From: Takakia lepidozioides
Lineage: Eukaryota > Plantae > Bryophyta
Direction of reading: 5' to 3'
Length of the DNA stretch: 64,000 nt
Assembly: GCA_030704615.1 (NCBI GenBank)
Contig: CM060734.1
Coordinates: 50,530,001-50,594,000 of the forward strand
The notes beneath the pieces were generated by a model. The model was given only the letters and a program-made list of their open reading frames with translations, did no database searches and had not been told where the DNA came from. Every line of letters begins with the position of its first letter. The first letter of the stretch is position 1. Shown one piece after another: positions 1 through 11,955 of the stretch. The position numbers and the translations under genes are program-made.

Positions 1-504
1 ACATGGATGGATGAGCTCATCCAATGGATGGATCCATTCATGTATATGTCTTCAAAATGACACGTATACTAGTAAAGTCATATAAATGTCTTTAAAATGC
101 CATGTGTGTAGTGATGTGTAGTCATTATATATGAGTCATGAATCAATCTGCAGTCAAATAGTCATAAGTTTACATGCCATGTCATGTTGTGGATGAACTC
201 GTCCAATGGATGAATACATTCGTGTATTTGCCTTCAAAATGACACATGTAGCGATGTAGTCGTATAATTAGAGCTGTGAAACCATCTCCAGTCATGGAGT
301 CATAACATTCCATGAAACGTCGTCCATGTGTAGTCAAACATATCACACTAGTCATATAAACCATCCATGTCATTGTGGTCAACGATGTTTGACCAAATCT
401 TCCTAACTTTCCGGAATCATGTAGTGATATCATGCGTCATGTAGTGATAAAACTATGACTGCAACACATTTCAGCGCTCTGTAGTCATCGCCCCTAGTGC
501 AGTT

Positions 505-2190
505 TTATGACTCCGCCAAAGCCGTAGTCCTAAAAACGCTCATCTCTTGTAGTGCCTCTTTGCCCTTTTCCAGAGCTGTCAGGCTTGCACACGCATTGCA
601 AACGCACACAAATGTGATGTGGTCGGGCTTCACCCCTTCCCCCATCATTTGCTCATAGGTCTCCAAAGCCTCCACCCCACGTCCCTGCTGTGCATACCTT
701 GCAATCATCGTGCTCCACGACACCACATCTCGTTCAGCCATATTGTTGAAAACTGCCTTTGAATCCTTAATGCACTTACATACATGTTGACCAGGGCAGT
801 GTTCAGAATGACATCTGGTACAATTCCAGCTTTCACGATGTCATCATGGACCTCTTTCCCCTTTTCCAGGGCTCCCAGGCTTGCACACGCATTGCAAACA
901 CAAACGAACGTGATGTGCAACATTTGCTCATAGGTCTCCAAAGCATTCCTACCACACCCATGCTTGGTAAATCCTGCCAACATTATATTCCACGTGATCA
1001 AAGATGGTCGAGGCATTATGCTAAACACTTGGTGAGCATCCATGATGCTCCCACACTTAACATACATGTTGACAAGGGTGTTGAGGAGAAAAACACTTTG
1101 CGTGAATCCACTTTGGATAATCTGAGTGTGCACCTGCTTTCCAGCTTCCAGACCTTTCATCTTGATACACTTAAGCAAGAGACAGACAAATGTATCTGAA
1201 TCTGCTAAAATACCTCCTACATTGGGCATACATGTCCACGAGGGTATTCAGAATGACATCTGGTACAATTCCAGTTTTGGCGATACAACTATGCCCCTCT
1301 TAGCCCTTTTCCAGGGCTGCCAGGCTTGCACATGCATTGCAAATGCACACAAACGTGATGAGGTTGGGCTTCACCCCTTCCCCCATCATTTGATCATAGG
1401 TCTCCAAATCCACCATCCCATGTCCCTGCAATGCATACCCTACAAGCATCGCGTGCCACGACACCACATCTCGTTCAACCATAGTGTTGAAAACTCCCTT
1501 TGCATCCTCAATGCACCCACATTTGGCATACATGTCCACCAGGGCAGTGTTCAGAATGACATCTGTTACAATTCCAGCTTTTGCGATGCAACCATGCACC
1601 TCTTAGCCCTTTTCCAGGGCTGCTAGGCTTGCACATGCATTGCAAATGCACACAAACGTGATGGGGTTGGGCTTCACCCCTTCCCCCATCATTTGATCAT
1701 AGGTCTGGAGGAGTTTTGGTCCCTGGATCTAAATAGCAACAACACACGGGGAGTAATGCTGGCTGATGAGATGGGGTTGGGAAAGACAATTTCATGCACC
1801 TCTTTGCCCTTTTCCAGGGCTTCCAGGCTTGCAAACGCACAGACCTGATGTGGTCGGGCTTCACCCCTTCCACCATCATTTGCTCACACGTCTCCAAAGC
1901 CTCCATCCCGCGCCCCTGCTGTGCATACCCTGCAAGCATCGCATTCCACGACACCACATTTCATTCAACCATATTGTTGAACACTGCCTTCGCATCCTCG
2001 ATGCTCCAACATTTGGCATACATGTCCACGAGGGAATTGTTCAGAATGACATCGGGTACAATTCCAGCTCTGACAATGTCGCCGTGGGCCTCTTTGCCCT
2101 TTTCCAGAGCTGCCAGGCTTGCACACGCATTGCAAACACACACAAACGTGATGTGGTTGGGCTCACCCCTCACCCATCATTTGCTCATAG
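505..2190 (-). pseudogene. Disrupted PLS-class PPR gene (tandem P-L-S repeats, several frameshifts and stops)
   Basis: Minus-strand ORF fragments repeat VVSWxxMLAGYAQQG / PDHITFVCVCNACASLxALEKGK / LNTALVDMYAKCG motifs in different frames. Confidence 0.9.
1707..1792 (+). other. Inserted fragment of a SNF2-family helicase gene (Walker A region)
   Basis: Plus strand reads LEEFWSLDLNSNNTRGVMLADEMGLGKTI and interrupts the PPR repeat sequence. Confidence 0.75.
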
Positions 2191-3619
2191 GTCTGCGTCA
2201 TTAACTCATGTGTAAGCCGAGCCCGCATATGTACTACCAATGTGTCAATACTGATGCTTCTACCCACATGGGACAGGCCCAAAGCACCACCACAACTAAA
2301 CTTGACTAGCCTACATCAACATAAGCATTTATCAACAAACTATCCACACCATACCCCCCCTCATTTGGATCAATATAAATCCCTAGAAACTTGTGTCTCT
2401 GCTCTGCACAAAAGCCAGATCGTCACCCTTCACTCTCACAAAACTACATACAAAGAATGTCGGATTGCTTCCACGAGCAATTTCACACCCCTGACAACCT
2501 CTACCACACAGCCTCTATCTACATACCAAACATTCTAACGTTGTACCACCCATGTGCATCCACCCTCTGCCAAGCAGTCTAAATTGGTCTCACCAAAGGA
2601 CCCATAATTACAATCTACCACTCTTGGCTGTCTGAGCATCCTCATGGACATGAATTTACGTCTGCTGTGTTTGGCCACCTTCTGTAAAAGACACTATCGA
2701 GTTTTCCAATACTTAATGGCTAGAAGAAGGTGGCCAATATTGATCGTGGTAAATTCTGGATCACTGGGCAATTGATTTGGTCTCATTGAAGCCGGGAAAG
2801 CCACGGGACATTTGCGTTGTGTCAGGCCTGTAGTCTCCCAAACTACTCTCCAGTCAAAAACCAATACCAGCTGGCACAACTTCCCCAACACAGCCAGGGC
2901 GTCCAAGATTATCAACCACAACACCCACACCCCACTCAAACGCACACACTGCCAATCCGTTCATACACCCTGAAACCCTTACTAAAAGCCCTCGAAACAC
3001 ACCATATATCTACTTGGACGCATTTGCTCTTACCAATGTGCTCTGGACATAAATTTGAAATGGCTCGCCCATCATATCCAACTATCTGATGTGTTGCGCT
3101 CCCCATATGTATGCCCTCTTAGACTCCTTCCTCCTCTGTTGCCCCCCACCTAAATGAACATAGGTAGACACTTCCACATATTGAGCAAACCATCCCTGCG
3201 CAAATTTCAAAACATATTGCGGTTTTCATGCTCTGCAAATCCCTCCCCACTGGTGGATACCTACACCCCATTAAATATCAACCCTCTCTGCACTGGGACA
3301 GTCATTTCAAATTTCTGAATCCTTCTGTGATCATCAGTTGGTTCTAACTAAAAGTTGGAGACAAGAAGTTACCTTCATATTGCAGATAACCATGTGATCA
3401 TAAGGAAATGGCAAGAAGGACAGGGACTCTTGTGTTCATGCTGCTCGTGTTCCTCATATGGAAGGCAAATGCCACAAGGACTACGTCCGAAGCTTCCATG
3501 ATTTCCCCTCATGGATGCAGCTATAAGCAAGGATACTCATACTTACTAGAATTGTTCCAGCAAACACCCCAACCCTACTATCACCACTCGTCCTATCGCT
3601 GACTTCTTTGCTAAAAAAG

Positions 3620-3990
3620 GGCATTCACCTTTTTGCCTTGATTATGTCCCAGCTAATATAATGTGCAACAGGTTTCCTAAAGTCAGCAAGGACCCGCTTG
3701 TCCTTTTCCAGGGTTCCAAATTTGGCACATGCATTGAGAATGAACGTGACCCTGTTCGACCTTACCCCTTCATGTTGCATTTGCTCGTAGGTCTCAAAAA
3801 CATCTCTGCTGCACCCATACAGAGCACATCCTACAATCGCTGAACTCCAAGGGACAATATTTCATTTTGCCATATTGTTGAAACTTGACATGCATAGTTC
3901 ATGCTCCCACATTCGGCATACATGTCAGCAAGGGCAGACTCCAGTAAGCGCTAATCCAGTTTTAACAAAGTCAGCGTGTATCTCTAAGCA
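3620..3990 (-). pseudogene. Degenerate PPR fragment
   Basis: Minus frame reads ...ETYEQMQHEGVRSNRVTFILNACAKFGTLEKDK with stops nearby. Confidence 0.7.
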
Positions 3991-4179
3991 GACAGAGATT
4001 GAAACACGGTCTGGCAAGACCAAGCTGACTCTCGCAAAAACCTTGTACACATCAGGAAGAATACCAAATCATGGTACTAACAGGAGGTAGAGATTGAAAC
4101 ATGGCCTGGCAAGAATATGTTGTGTGTGCTGCTTGTGTCTGTAGTCAGATAATGTTGGATCGATCAGACATACAAAATT

Positions 4180-4278
4180 TGACGACGTACGAAACGTGGC
4201 GACGATGACGTGGCACTAAGGCACCTTATTCCTACTCTACGCTAAACTAGCTCTCGACCTTCGGTCGTTGCTAGAATT
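4180..4278 (+). mobile_element. Helitron-like 3' end (hairpin + CTAG); related copy at 25390-25520
   Basis: cgaccTTCGgtcg hairpin followed by ttgCTAG; shared gacgtggc...ctctacg..aaa...ttgctagaatt with the second copy. Confidence 0.4.
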
Positions 4279-4864
4279 TCTGAGAACAACATCCAGATAG
4301 ATGGACTATATTCAAGTTTTATGAAATGATGAACATGTATTGGCTCTCTTGTATATTAGAGAGAGACTACACATAATGTTAAAGTGAAGTGAGAAAATGT
4401 GGTCAAAGAAAGCAAGAGAGTCCATTGCAATTTGAGGCTTGTTTCATTTGATATTAATTTTACGAGTGTAATGATTTTGGCTCGTTTTGATACAACAAGT
4501 AGATTTTGATTTTTTTTTTGTTTTTTTTTAATAGAAGGAAACCTCGGACTGACAGCCCACAAATCAGGTCCTTGAGGAGGGGGAAAAATGAACCCCCTTT
4601 CATTTATGTGCCATGAGACCTAGGGATTATGAATGTTGTTTATATGATCATCTTTATTTTCAATTGGTTTTGATTTGAAATCATTGCTCAGAGCTCGCGG
4701 AGAGACCCCCAATATTGGTCTCTTTCAGGAAGCTTCCTTTTGAGGAAACTTCTCCATCAAGAAACCTCCATTGGGGAAGTTCTTAGGGAACTTCCTAGTA
4801 GCCAATATATATAGGAGGCGAGACTGGACACTCTTCAGTCTCGCCAACACAAGTTCAAGCTACT

Positions 4865-4995
4865 CTTGTTTCCAGTCCTAGTACTCCAGTCCAGCTTCCA
4901 GTACTCTAGTTCAGTTTCCAGTATCTGGTACTCCAGTCCAGTTCCCAGCATTCAAGTATTCAAGTCGAGTTCTAGTATCTTGTACTCTTGTCCAT
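4865..4995. repeat. Degenerate short-period tandem repeat (ccagt / tactc units)
   Basis: Repeated ccagtcc, ccagtac, tactccagt units. Confidence 0.55.
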
Positions 4996-6136
4996 TGTTA
5001 TAAAGATCATCTTGATTCATGTTTATCCATCATGCATTCGGTCACGCCGACCTTGACTTCTTGTCTAGTCTTGTACCTCTAGTTTGATCTCTTGTTTGTG
5101 TTTCAGTCATGTTCTCGTCCTTGACACTTAGTGAGAATGGTGTGCCATGTGGTGGGACATGCAAGGTTATAGCAGTGGATGTAAATGAAAGGCGGCTACG
5201 TATGCTCACAAAGATCGCGCAGCAGTAGGGCGTGGATGACATTGTCACTTCATACCACTATGACCTTCGTGATTTTGCGGTGCCCGAATCTTTTAGTTAA
5301 TTTTGCTGATGTTTAGCCATGCTTTTCTTTCCCAACCATCTATGGGAAGTTACAGACGGCCATAATTTTGCCAGGTTTTGTCCATATACGGTAGTCTTTA
5401 AGACTTTAAGATTAGAGAGCTTGCATGAATGTTCAAATCTAGGAATTTGGGATCTCTTGTTGACATTTGTGGTTATTGCTACAAAATGGTTATAAACAAA
5501 ATATTTACACAGTTTAATTAGCGACTACATGGTCGCATTTGTCATTGTTATCTTCCATTGTAGTGATTTGCAAAGTTGTGATAATTGTTATGGAGTGAAA
5601 TAGTGAGAAACTCATAGATTGTGGACAGTTATATGTTTCACCCATGCATGTGTGAGTCAAACGGTTTTACTGTTTAGCTCCCACTGTTTAGTTAATGTGT
5701 AGTGAAATCTTTTTTTAATCATAGTGATGTGTTCTTTCCCTACACGTGCAACCTCCCAATTTCACTATGTAGTACAACACAAAACTAGAACTCTAGATTC
5801 TGCTGCACAAAAATTAGACCTCTAGACTCCCAATTCACTATATAGTACTACACGAAACTGCAACTTTATACCTCATTGTGAAAGTACACACTATTTGTAG
5901 TATTCATATATTCTTTCTCACCAAATAAGATTGTGACACATGGCTTCTTAGTGAACTACCTCACTATATGTTCACCTATAGTAGTTGAATATATTCTTCA
6001 TTCCTAGTGATATGATACCACTACTAGGGTAGCCTGTGCCATTGGCCCAAGTGTCCAGTGTCATCTAATTCCAAGTGCAATCTCATATGTATCCATAGAC
6101 CCTTGTGTTTGAGAGATCTAGGCCTAGGGTAGCATG

Positions 6137-6221
6137 TGTCGTGCGCATACATATTGCTAGACAACTACATCGCTATCCAAACCACACCACACATATATGC
6201 ACAATAAAGTAGTCTACCACA
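6137..6221 (-). repeat. Terminal repeat block A1 (85 bp)
   Basis: Direct repeat of 6577-6661 with 3 substitutions. Confidence 0.95.
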
Positions 6222-6222
6222 A

Positions 6223-6574
6223 TGATAAACAAGCATAGAGACACTGTTGACACAAAACATATGAAATCCATCGCTATTACTCTTTATAATAGAAGTCGAG
6301 CCAGGGGCACCCCAAGCTATGGGGACTCCACCCCACAACAACCTACACTCCCATCATGAGTACACTCAGATCTAAACGCATGCAGGAGCTCGGTCGCGCA
6401 GGCTCAACTCGAGAGAGATGAGCTGCGCGACTGCCGCTCTCGTGAAAGATAAGACGGACCAGGTGTCAAACTAAACTTGACACCTGATTTAACACTTGAC
6501 CTAAATCCAAGTGTTAAATACAAATAACTAGTTTTATGCTAGCTGTTTTCACACTGTGCTTATTTAACTTGACA
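6223..6574 (-). repeat. LTR block B1 (352 bp)
   Basis: Direct repeat of 11129-11479; about 2 substitutions and one 1-bp indel seen. Confidence 0.95.
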
Positions 6575-6576
6575 GC

Positions 6577-6661
6577 TGTCGTGCGCATACATATCGCTAC
6601 ACAACTACATCGCTGTCCAAACCACACCACACATATATGCACAATAAAGTAGTCTACCACA
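6577..6661 (-). repeat. Repeat block A2, directly downstream of the polypurine tract in element orientation
   Basis: Minus strand: AGGGGGGcgat-TGTGGTAG...CACGACA-gc-TGTCAAG. Confidence 0.95.
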
Positions 6662-6920
6662 ATCGCCCCCCTAGCTGGTGGATAGGTCCCTCTACCTCCA
6701 GATAGCTACAAGACGTAATAGCCATAGCCGTACTAAGTCCTGTATCACTGTCCCTATCGTACTCAAACTCTATAGATCAAGAGGCCGGGTGCAAGAGTAG
6801 CCCCATCGTTAGTCGCCGTCTGGCAATCTGTGAACTTGAGCCAGGACTTCGTGTATTCAAGGTCTCCTGTAGAAGGGCCTTGCGTGGCTTGTTAGCCTCC
6901 CATGGTTGTATCCACTCCCA

Positions 6921-8168
6921 CTATCCAATGCATTGTGGACATAACCAATCCCCATTTGGAACCATCTCAAGAGGTGGAGTCAAGCACCCCATATGCCAAC
7001 CTCTAGAGCATCGATCACACACCAGCATGGTGGCTGCCCCTTTAGCAGACCCACACAACATGCACCTCAAACCTGCAGATACCACTGCCAGGTTTGGGTC
7101 AATCCTGCCATCGACATTTGGAAGGTGACATGGCGCACAATTACGCACATGGTCCTTCCAAGTTATGCCATCCCGACCCTCCAAGACCAAGACGCCTGAG
7201 GGCAAGACCTCTCGAACCCTCAAAATAACACGTCCTGCAGTCACATCCAGGGTCGTAGGAGCAGTCTGCTGCAGATAGACATAGTCACCAGGGTTGAATC
7301 TCCGAACCCCAGGACGATAGCCCCCACCACGTATGGTAGCATACCTCAACGTATCACGGTGTTGTGCAATGGCAAGGTTCTCGAAAGCCATGGGCATGAC
7401 TCTCTTGAACAACTCTGCACGCTGCTCACATGCACGGGCCCACACGTCCGGATCATCAAGGTTAAGAACTGTAGCAGCTTCTCTGCGAATGGATGTAGGC
7501 AAATCCGGCTCTCGGCCAAAGAGAAGAAAGTATGGTGAGAAGGAGGCAAGTGATGCTTGCTTGCTGAACCTGTAGCCCATGGCTAACCAGGGTAACTGAA
7601 GGTCCCAATCTCCTAGGTGTCCCTTCTGCAAGCCATACTTGCGCAAACCCCTCTTTACTGTCTGAACAACTCTCTCTGCCAAGCCATCGGCTTCAGGATG
7701 ATCCCGAGAAGTGGTGCGGTGGTCTATCAAGGCCTTGTCACATAAAGCCTGAAACTCCCCCAAGAACTCTCTCCCTTGGTCCGTGAGTACCTCAGCTGGA
7801 GCACCGAATCGGCTAAGCACACAATCCAGGAATGCATACGCAGCTCCCTCACTAGCCTTATCAGGCAATGGAACCAATTCAATCCACTTGGAGAAGTGCT
7901 CCACCATCACCAACACGTACTTGTTGTGGCGCATGGTCAGTGGCAACGGCCCTGCGAAGTCAAGACTCAACCTGTAGCCCAATCCCATGATCGGAAGAGG
8001 GTGCAATTGTGGAGTAGGGGCGTTGAATGAAGCACGCACCCTGTCACATACCATGCACCTAGCCACAAATTGTTGCACCTCTGTGTGCATACCACGCCAC
8101 CAATACTGCCCCTGCAGTAGACTATGAGTGCGTCGCACCCCAAAAATGCCCCAACTCCTCATGGGCAT
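6921..8168 (-). CDS. DDE integrase with C-terminal PHD finger (frameshifted from RT-RH near 8145)
   Basis: YWWRGM..CMVC zinc motif, SLDFAGPLP, VLTDQGREF, DGLAERVV; ends CMLC...CDRC..GWHMGCLTPPL..VPNGDWLCPQC (C4HC3). Confidence 0.92.
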   Translation of the reverse strand: MPMRSWGIFGVRRTHSLLQGQYWWRGMHTEVQQFVARCMVCDRVRASFNAPTPQLHPLPIMGLGYRLSLDFAGPLPLTMRHNKYVLVMVEHFSKWIELVPLPDKASEGAAYAFLDCVLSRFGAPAEVLTDQGREFLGEFQALCDKALIDHRTTSRDHPEADGLAERVVQTVKRGLRKYGLQKGHLGDWDLQLPWLAMGYRFSKQASLASFSPYFLLFGREPDLPTSIRREAATVLNLDDPDVWARACEQRAELFKRVMPMAFENLAIAQHRDTLRYATIRGGGYRPGVRRFNPGDYVYLQQTAPTTLDVTAGRVILRVREVLPSGVLVLEGRDGITWKDHVRNCAPCHLPNVDGRIDPNLAVVSAGLRCMLCGSAKGAATMLVCDRCSRGWHMGCLTPPLEMVPNGDWLCPQCIG

Positions 8169-10365
8169 GCCGCACTAACCGTGCCCGCTGTGTTGGGTGA
8201 GGCACAATCCTCACTCGACCATCCTCCCACACTCGGAGCAGGTGTGTCCCCTCCCACCTGAACGTCTTGGCTCGTTGTAGGATCCGATCCCTCTCCTTGG
8301 CAGTCATAGTGGCTGTCGTGTCTCCACTGCGGAGGTAGTCCAACACAACTGAATCCTCATGTATATCTTTGGCGCCACCCTGCTCATTGCTGGCCTCAGG
8401 GTCCTCAGACACTTGATCTACAGTCATCCCTGTTGTAGGTCCAACCTGGCCTTCCGCTGCCAAGATACACAGAAATGCAGATGCATGCCATCCGGGCACC
8501 ATCTCCTCGTCCGTCTCACCATGCCACCGAGCTCCAGTGTCATCCTGCTGGCTCGTGCATGGATTGCGACTCAACCCATCTGCATTTCGATTGACCAAAC
8601 CCGGTCGATGCACCACCTGAAAGTCATACTCTTGAAGGATGAGTGCCCACCGTGCAAGCTTCCCCGTAAGCTTGTCTGACTCCATCAACCACTTGAGTGG
8701 TTGGTGATCCGTGACAAGGGTGAAGAGATTGCCGTATAGATAGCACCTGAAGTGTGCCACGGCCCACACTGCAGCTAAGCATTCTCCCTCATATGAGCTA
8801 TACTTAAACTCTGCAGCATTGTTCGAGCGGCTAGCATAAGCCACTACGAACTCTCTTCCCTCATCATCCACCTGTGTGAGCACCGCTCCAAGCCCCAGCA
8901 TGCTCCAATCTGTATGCAGCTGAAAAGGACGCCCCCTGATAGGTCGTCTCAAGATGGGCGCCGAGGTCAACCTCGCCTTGAGCTCTTGAAAAGCTTGTTC
9001 TTGCTCATCTTCCCACTGCCACTCCTGGTCCACCTTGGTCAGCTTGGTTAGAGCCTTTGCAATGGCACTAAATCCCTTAACAAACCGTCTGTAATAGTTT
9101 GCTAACCCCATGAAAGCTCGAACTCGGCTCACATCCGTGGGGCGTGGAACCTGTGCAATGGACTCTACCTTAGTCTGCTGTACCCCCAATCCTCCAGGAT
9201 ATATCATGTGACCCAGATACTCAATCTGGTTGTGGAAAAACTTGCACTTGCCCGGATGTAACTTCAATCCGTGCGTCCTCAAGCGCTCAAATACCCCCTG
9301 AAGGTGTCTCTCATGCTCCTCCACCGTAGCACTAAAGATGATGATGTCATCTATGTAGCACCGAGCAAACTCCACCCCTGCTAGAATCCTGTCCATGACT
9401 CTTTGAAACTCAGCGGGAGCGTTTTTAAGCCCAAATGGTAAGAACCGCCACTGGTATAGGCAATCCTTCCCGTGCTCATTGATCCCCCAGAATGCCGTCT
9501 TTTGCTTATCCGCCTCCTTGATCGGCAACTGGTGATATCCGGATCGTAAATCCAACGTGCTAAAGACCTTGGAATGCCCAATGGCATCAAAGATCTCCTC
9601 TGGTGTTGGCATGGCATACCTATCGGACTTGGTCTGACGATTTACAGGCCGGTAATCACCACACATACGTCTCTCCGTCCAATTGCCATAGACATCCTTC
9701 TTAGCTGGCATCACTGTGGCTGAAGCATACTCTCCACCAGAGAGCTCCACCAAACCTGCCTCCCAGAGATCTTGAGTCCTCATCTGAATCAAAGACCTCT
9801 CCATGTCACTGTACCTATAGGGTCTCCGAAAGATTGGCGTGTCAGTGGCCAACTCAATACGGATCTCTTGACCCTTCAGTGCTCCCAAGTCCTTCAAACT
9901 GAAGGCAAAGCAATTCCTATAAGCCCTCAGGAACCGCCGTATACGTCGTCTCTCTCCTCCGGTGACAATGGGTCCAATGTCAGGCTCCCAATTGTCCTCC
10001 GTAACTGCAACCTTAAGTCCAGTGGGCTTAGAGGTAGAGGACGCGTCCCGTGGTTGCTATGCTGCAACCTCTTGAGCAGTACCCCCTTCCTGCTCAGTCA
10101 ATGACAAGGCCTCATCCTGCCCCATCATCTCATCATTGAGAACCTCCTCATCCCGAGAAGAATCCCCAACCTCATCCATCACAGCTGCCTTCGCTGCCAA
10201 CTCCCTCTGAACCTCGAGCACCTCCCACATGTGCCATGGATGTCTACACCTCGTGGTCCTCACCGGCTCGCCCCACTCGCTGCCTGTACCGTCTCGGTAG
10301 GCAGAGAGACCGTCAAGGAAGTGCACTCCGCACTCTACGTTGCTCAGCCATAGCCAAGCTGACAA
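8122..10365 (-). CDS. Gypsy reverse transcriptase and RNase H (in-frame TAG at 10057-10059 in the upstream linker)
   Basis: RMCGDYR, LDLRSGYHQ, PFGLKNAP, YIDDIII, HTDWS, TDHQPL, NADGLSR. Confidence 0.95.
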
Positions 10366-11030
10366 TCCAGGTCAAGCAATTGAGATCCATTGCTTGCCCC
10401 AACACCTGACGACGTGATGCCTCAGAAAGAGAAGGCACCGCCGTGGTCCCAGTGGAAAACCCCATAGCCCGCTCTCGCTCGTCGGCATTAGGCTCCACTA
10501 ACTGCTGCAACTGAGCATCCCACAGGAGGCCAGGTCCACCATCCCGAAAAGCATGGGATCCTGGGAAGCTGAGCAGTGTAGGTAATGCTGTTCGTGGTTG
10601 ACCCACCCTGTTGACCACTGCCAAAGGCGAACGGTCATCGTGTCTCACACGTTGAGACTGCCTTCCTGTGTCCAAAATGTTATCCACGGTGAGGTGTGCT
10701 GGCCGCTGCACCCCATCAAATGCACGCTTGAGCAGTGCGGGTGGCATAAAGTTAGTCCACCATAGTCGTGGACGATGAGCCCGTGACCCCACTGCAGCTG
10801 CATCCAGCAACACTGCTGACCCAAGCCACGACCGGACTTGATGCACACTGGCCATCACCCTGGCCCGAGAATCACCCATCAGTGGTACATTCTCCAAGAT
10901 GTATGCTGGAGATACGGCTTGATGAAGCTGCAAGCAGCGCAAAATCCGCACCATCTCCCAAAACAGACCCGTCCTCGAGTCTCGCAATCCATTGCCATGC
11001 CCGGCTGATGAATGCCCTTGGCAGGGCCAG
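10313..11030 (-). CDS. DNMT3-like C5-cytosine methyltransferase catalytic domain (N-terminal motif I missing)
   Basis: WPCQG (motif IV), YILENV (VI), AHRPRLWWTN (VIII), ERERAMGF (IX), RRQVLGQAM (X). Confidence 0.88.
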
Positions 11031-11112
11031 ATGGACTCCCGCCCCAAGATATATATTATAATAATGCTAAAACAAACATTGTATCTAGCTTAGCACCAGC
11101 ACACTAGATAAC

Positions 11113-11128
11113 GCTCATCTCTCTCGAG
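11113..11128 (-). promoter_or_regulatory. Self-complementary primer binding site
   Basis: CTCGAGAGAGATGAGC abuts block B2 and is complementary to 6408-6423 and 11314-11329 inside B. Confidence 0.8.
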
Positions 11129-11479
11129 TGATAAACAAGCATAGAGACACTGTTGACACAAAACATATGAAATCCATCGCTATCACTCTTTATAATAGAA
11201 GTCGAGCCAGGGGCACCCCAAGCTATGGGGACTCCACCCCACAACAACCTACACTCCCATCATGAGTACACTCAGATCTAAACGCATGCAGGAGCTCGGT
11301 CGCGCAGGCTCAACTCGAGAGAGATGAGTTGCGCGACTGCCGCTCTCGTGAAGATAAGACGGACCAGGTGTCAAACTAAACTTGACACCTGATTTAACAC
11401 TTGACCTAAATCCAAGTGTTAAATACAAATAACTAGTTTTATGCTAGCTGTTTTCACACTGTGCTTATTTAACTTGACA
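11129..11479 (-). repeat. LTR block B2 (5' end of the element)
   Basis: Near-identical to 6223-6574. Confidence 0.95.
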
Positions 11480-11749
11480 CATGTGTCATTGGCCCATGTG
11501 TGAAGAATTGAAATCTAAGCCAAATGCAATCTCATATGTATCCAAGTGCTTCTCCCATGTAGAGGCCCAAGTGCGACCTCGAGTGTCCAATGTCATCTAA
11601 GTCCAAGTGCCCCTATGCATCCTGAGACCTTGCAGTTTGGGAGATCTCCACATCATTGTTCCAACAAAGCCCACTTTGCTTTTTTGCAATCTCCCTTGTC
11701 GAGGCTTCATATATTGATATATCCACTTTGCTATTTTTTGCGAGTTTCC

Positions 11750-11955
11750 AACGACCAAAGTACTTGAAATTCCAAATCTGGGCCAATCATTGCTCCAGAA
11801 AAGCCCACTTTGCTAGCGAATTTTCTAGCGACCCAAAGTACTTGAAATTCCAAATCTCCTACTTAAAGGGCCAATCATTGCTCTACAAGAGCTCACCATG
11901 CTATTTTTCAAAAACAATTCCAGCGACCCAAAGCACTTGAAATTCCACATCTCCC
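11750..11955. repeat. Three imperfect copies of gacccaaagtacttgaaattccaaatct
   Basis: Copies near 11752, 11830 and 11925. Confidence 0.7.

Larger units (their letters stand above)
6137..11479 (-). mobile_element. Ty3/Gypsy LTR retrotransposon with DNMT and PHD domains, split/permuted LTRs, gag-protease deleted
   Basis: TGTC...GACA termini, CATG TSD (6133-6136, 11480-11483), RT-RH-INT domain order, PPT at 6666-6672, repeats A and B. Confidence 0.95.

Noticed and set aside
1-500. tgtagt/actaca-rich repeats (also 5550-6020), suggesting CACTA subterminal sequence or a CRISPR-like array
   Set aside because: Irregular spacing, no constant repeat-spacer period, no paired TIR or TSD; eukaryotic context
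846-2215. Plus-strand ORFs over the PPR region, and similar antisense ORFs over pol and DYW
   Set aside because: Antisense shadows of real minus-strand coding sequence
2200-3300. C/A-rich stretch resembling the LINE at 12-15 kb
   Set aside because: Composition only; no recognisable RT or endonuclease motif
6137-6661. A-B-A read as a separate TRIM, or as a solo LTR inserted into A
   Set aside because: The only TSD spans the whole 6137-11479 unit, A2 sits at the element's own PPT, and an 85-bp duplication is too long for a TSD; disfavoured but not excluded
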